From positions 1-15,026 of the forward strand of contig DASTGO010000131.1 in the NCBI GenBank assembly GCA_035719045.1: a DNA stretch of 15,026 nucleotides, written 5' to 3'. Positions 13,359 to 15,026 of this stretch are shown here, piece after piece. A program made the position numbers and the translations under genes. The notes below the pieces were generated by a model. It was given only the letters and a program-made list of their open reading frames with translations, did no database searches and was not told the DNA's origin. The stretch comes from Kineosporiaceae bacterium. GTDB lineage: Bacteria; Actinomycetota; Actinomycetes; Actinomycetales; Kineosporiaceae. Positions within the stretch are counted from its first letter, which is position 1, and each line of letters opens with the position of its first letter.

Positions 13359-14753
13359 TCAGCAGCCGAGCAGGTGTGGCGCCAGCCAGGAGGTGACCTG
13401 GTCGAGGGCGACCCGCTCCTGGCGCATGGAGTCCCGCTCCCGGATCGTCACGGACTGGTCGTTCAGGGTGTCGAAGTCGACCGTCACACAGAACGGGGTA
13501 CCGATCTCGTCCTGCCGGCGGTACCGGCGCCCGATCGCCTGGGCGTCGTCGAACTCCACGTTCCAGTTCTTGCGCAGCTCGGCGGCCAGGTCGCGGGCCT
13601 TCGGCGAGAGGTCCTCGTTGCGGGACAGCGGCAGCACGGCCACCTTCACCGGAGCCAGCCGCGGGTCCAGCCGCAGCACCGTCCTGCGGTCCACCCCGCC
13701 CTTGGTGTTCGGTGCCTCGTCCTCGTCGTAGGCCTCCAGCAGGAAGGCCATCATCGGCCGGCCGACGCCCGCGGCGGGCTCGATGACGTAGGGCGTCCAG
13801 CGTTCCCCGGTCGACTGGTCGAAGTAGGACAGGTCGACACCGGAATGCTGGGAGTGCGTGGTGAGGTCGAAGTCGGTCCGGTTGGCGATGCCCTCCAGCT
13901 CACCCCACTCCGAACCGCTGAAGCCGAACCGGTACTCGATGTCGACGGTCCGCTTGGAGTAGTGGGACAGCTTCTCCTTCGGGTGCTCGTACAGCCGCAG
14001 GTTGTCCTCGGCGATGCCCAGGCCGACGTACCACTGCTTGCGGGTGTCGATCCAGTACTGGTGCCACTCCTCGTCGCTCCCGGGCTTGACGAAGTACTCC
14101 ATCTCCATCTGCTCGAACTCGCGGGTACGGAAGATGAAGTTGCCCGGCGTGATCTCGTTGCGGAACGACTTGCCGATCTGGCCGATGCCGAACGGCGGCT
14201 TCTTGCGCGCGGACTGCTCGACGTTCTTGTAGTTGACGAAGATGCCCTGCGCGGTCTCCGGCCGCAGGTAGTGCAGACCGTTCTCGTCTTCGACCGGGCC
14301 GAGGTAGGTCTTCAGCAGGCCGTTGAACATCTTCGGCTCGGTCCAGGTGCCCTTGGTGCCGCAGTTGGGGCAGGGGACCTCCTGCAACGAGGTCGCCGGG
14401 CGGCCCTTGCGCTCGGCGAACTCCTCCTCCAGGTGGTCGGCCCGGAACCGGCGGTGGCAGGACTGACACTCCACCAGCGGGTCCACGAACGCCTCGACGT
14501 GACCGGAGGCGGCCCACACCTGACGGGGCAGGATCACCGAGGAGTCCAGGCCGACGACGTCCTCCCGGCTGGTGATCATCGCGCGCCACCACTGCCGCTT
14601 GACGTTGTCCTTGAGTTCGACACCGAGCGGCCCGTAGTCCCATGCCGACCTCGTCCCGCCGTAGATCTCGCCGCACGGGTACACGAACCCCCGGCGCTTG
14701 CAGAGATTGACGACGGCTTCGAGGCGGGCTTCGGACGACGGCTTGGTGGCCAC
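13359..14753 (-). CDS. glyS: Glycine--tRNA ligase (class II, alpha2-type GlyRS)
   Basis: 464 aa. The N-terminus [35 protein letters not shown] is near-identical in pattern to mycobacterial GlyS. Class II motifs ([21 protein letters not shown]) and a C-terminal anticodon-binding domain are present. Coordinates follow the ORF track. My own base counting puts the GTG start 1 nt higher, an unresolved local counting discrepancy. Confidence 0.93.
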   Translation of the reverse strand: MATKPSSEARLEAVVNLCKRRGFVYPCGEIYGGTRSAWDYGPLGVELKDNVKRQWWRAMITSREDVVGLDSSVILPRQVWAASGHVEAFVDPLVECQSCHRRFRADHLEEEFAERKGRPATSLQEVPCPNCGTKGTWTEPKMFNGLLKTYLGPVEDENGLHYLRPETAQGIFVNYKNVEQSARKKPPFGIGQIGKSFRNEITPGNFIFRTREFEQMEMEYFVKPGSDEEWHQYWIDTRKQWYVGLGIAEDNLRLYEHPKEKLSHYSKRTVDIEYRFGFSGSEWGELEGIANRTDFDLTTHSQHSGVDLSYFDQSTGERWTPYVIEPAAGVGRPMMAFLLEAYDEDEAPNTKGGVDRRTVLRLDPRLAPVKVAVLPLSRNEDLSPKARDLAAELRKNWNVEFDDAQAIGRRYRRQDEIGTPFCVTVDFDTLNDQSVTIRERDSMRQERVALDQVTSWLAPHLLGC

Positions 14754-14883
14754 GGAGGTGCTCCATCCGGCTGGGTGTCGGCGGGGTCGCCGTCACCGGG
14801 TTCGATCAGCGACGGCCTGAGGGCCTCAGGTTACCCGCCGCCGGACCGGCGCCGCGCCGAGGATTCCCCGCCCCCGAGGCGTC

Positions 14884-15026
14884 TCAGTCCAGCCGGTAGA
14901 ACAGCTCCTGGCGGATGCCGCGGTCGACCGCATGCACCGCCCTCATCCCGTCCTTCCAGTCCCGCGGGTCGACCAGGACGGCACACCGCTGCCTGCCCGT
15001 GACCAGCCGCACGTCGCCGTCGACGG
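14884..15026 (-). CDS. Partial CDS, C-terminal 47 codons only: ...VDGDVRLVTGRQRCAVLVDPRDWKDGMRAVHAVDRGIRQELFYRLD*. Unidentified protein upstream of glyS on the same strand.
   Basis: My own translation of the minus strand from the window edge to TGA (plus 14884-14886). The fragment is too short to assign a family. Codon bias is coding-like. Confidence 0.4.
   Translation of the reverse strand, partial: VDGDVRLVTGRQRCAVLVDPRDWKDGMRAVHAVDRGIRQELFYRLD

Noticed and set aside
10595-13396. Overlapping long ORFs in alternative frames across dgt and dus (10595..11581 -, 10696..12045 +, 11538..12887 -, 12209..13396 +)
   Set aside because: They are frame-shadows of the dgt and dus genes. They have no conserved motifs and extreme Arg/Gly/Pro content.
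14690-14800. Apparent 1-nt frameshift in the glyS 5' region when counting bases manually (extra G near 14700)
   Set aside because: The supplied ORF track was computed from the same window and shows an uninterrupted 464-aa ORF. This is most likely a local counting or reading error on my part rather than a real frameshift. The track coordinates were used.
14754-14883. T-box or glycine riboswitch upstream of glyS
   Set aside because: I could not identify a specifier loop, a T-box antiterminator sequence or glycine-riboswitch conserved cores by eye. Only a short palindrome is evident.
13164-15002. 612-aa plus-strand ORF
   Set aside because: It is antisense to glyS and the upstream partial gene. 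It is compositionally biased and has no motifs, whereas glyS is clearly real.

Overview
This is a high-GC (about 70-75%) actinobacterial chromosomal segment. No repeat in the window has a CRISPR repeat-spacer layout, and I find no transposase, no intact integrase and no restriction-modification system.

The conserved backbone is all on the minus strand. From the right edge it runs: a partial C-terminal gene, glycine-tRNA ligase (glyS), a tRNA-dihydrouridine synthase, dGTP triphosphohydrolase (dgt), then DNA primase (dnaG), a 186-aa conserved hypothetical gene and tRNA-Asn(GTT). This matches the glyS/dgt/dnaG/asnT neighbourhood known from Mycobacterium and relatives.

Between dgt and dnaG, which are normally adjacent, sits a block of about 6 kb with five genes:
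- a ferredoxin-reductase-like FAD/NAD(P) oxidoreductase (minus strand);
- a divergent large flotillin/SPFH membrane protein (plus strand);
- a MerR-family regulator with a C-terminal GyrI-like effector domain (minus strand), facing a strong 34-bp palindromic terminator;
- a divergently transcribed stand-alone GyrI-like protein with a Thr/Pro/Lys-rich N-terminal tail (plus strand);
- a bacteriohemerythrin (plus strand).

Left of tRNA-Asn there is a lower-GC non-coding gap of about 650 bp, then a SAM-dependent methyltransferase fused to a Trm112-like zinc ribbon. At the very left edge is a fragment encoding a serine-recombinase-type helix-turn-helix, which hints at an island junction at the tRNA.

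Other local features:
- a 22-bp tandem repeat (about 3.2 copies) beside the tRNA, which is not CRISPR-like;
- a GC-rich hairpin carrying a C9 homopolymer immediately upstream of dnaG;
- a perfect 15-bp in-frame duplication inside dgt.

Many long ORFs in the six-frame track are antisense or out-of-frame artefacts typical of high-GC DNA. I rejected them.

My manual base counting disagrees with the ORF track by 1 nt locally around 14700-14800. I used the track's coordinates for the affected features there.
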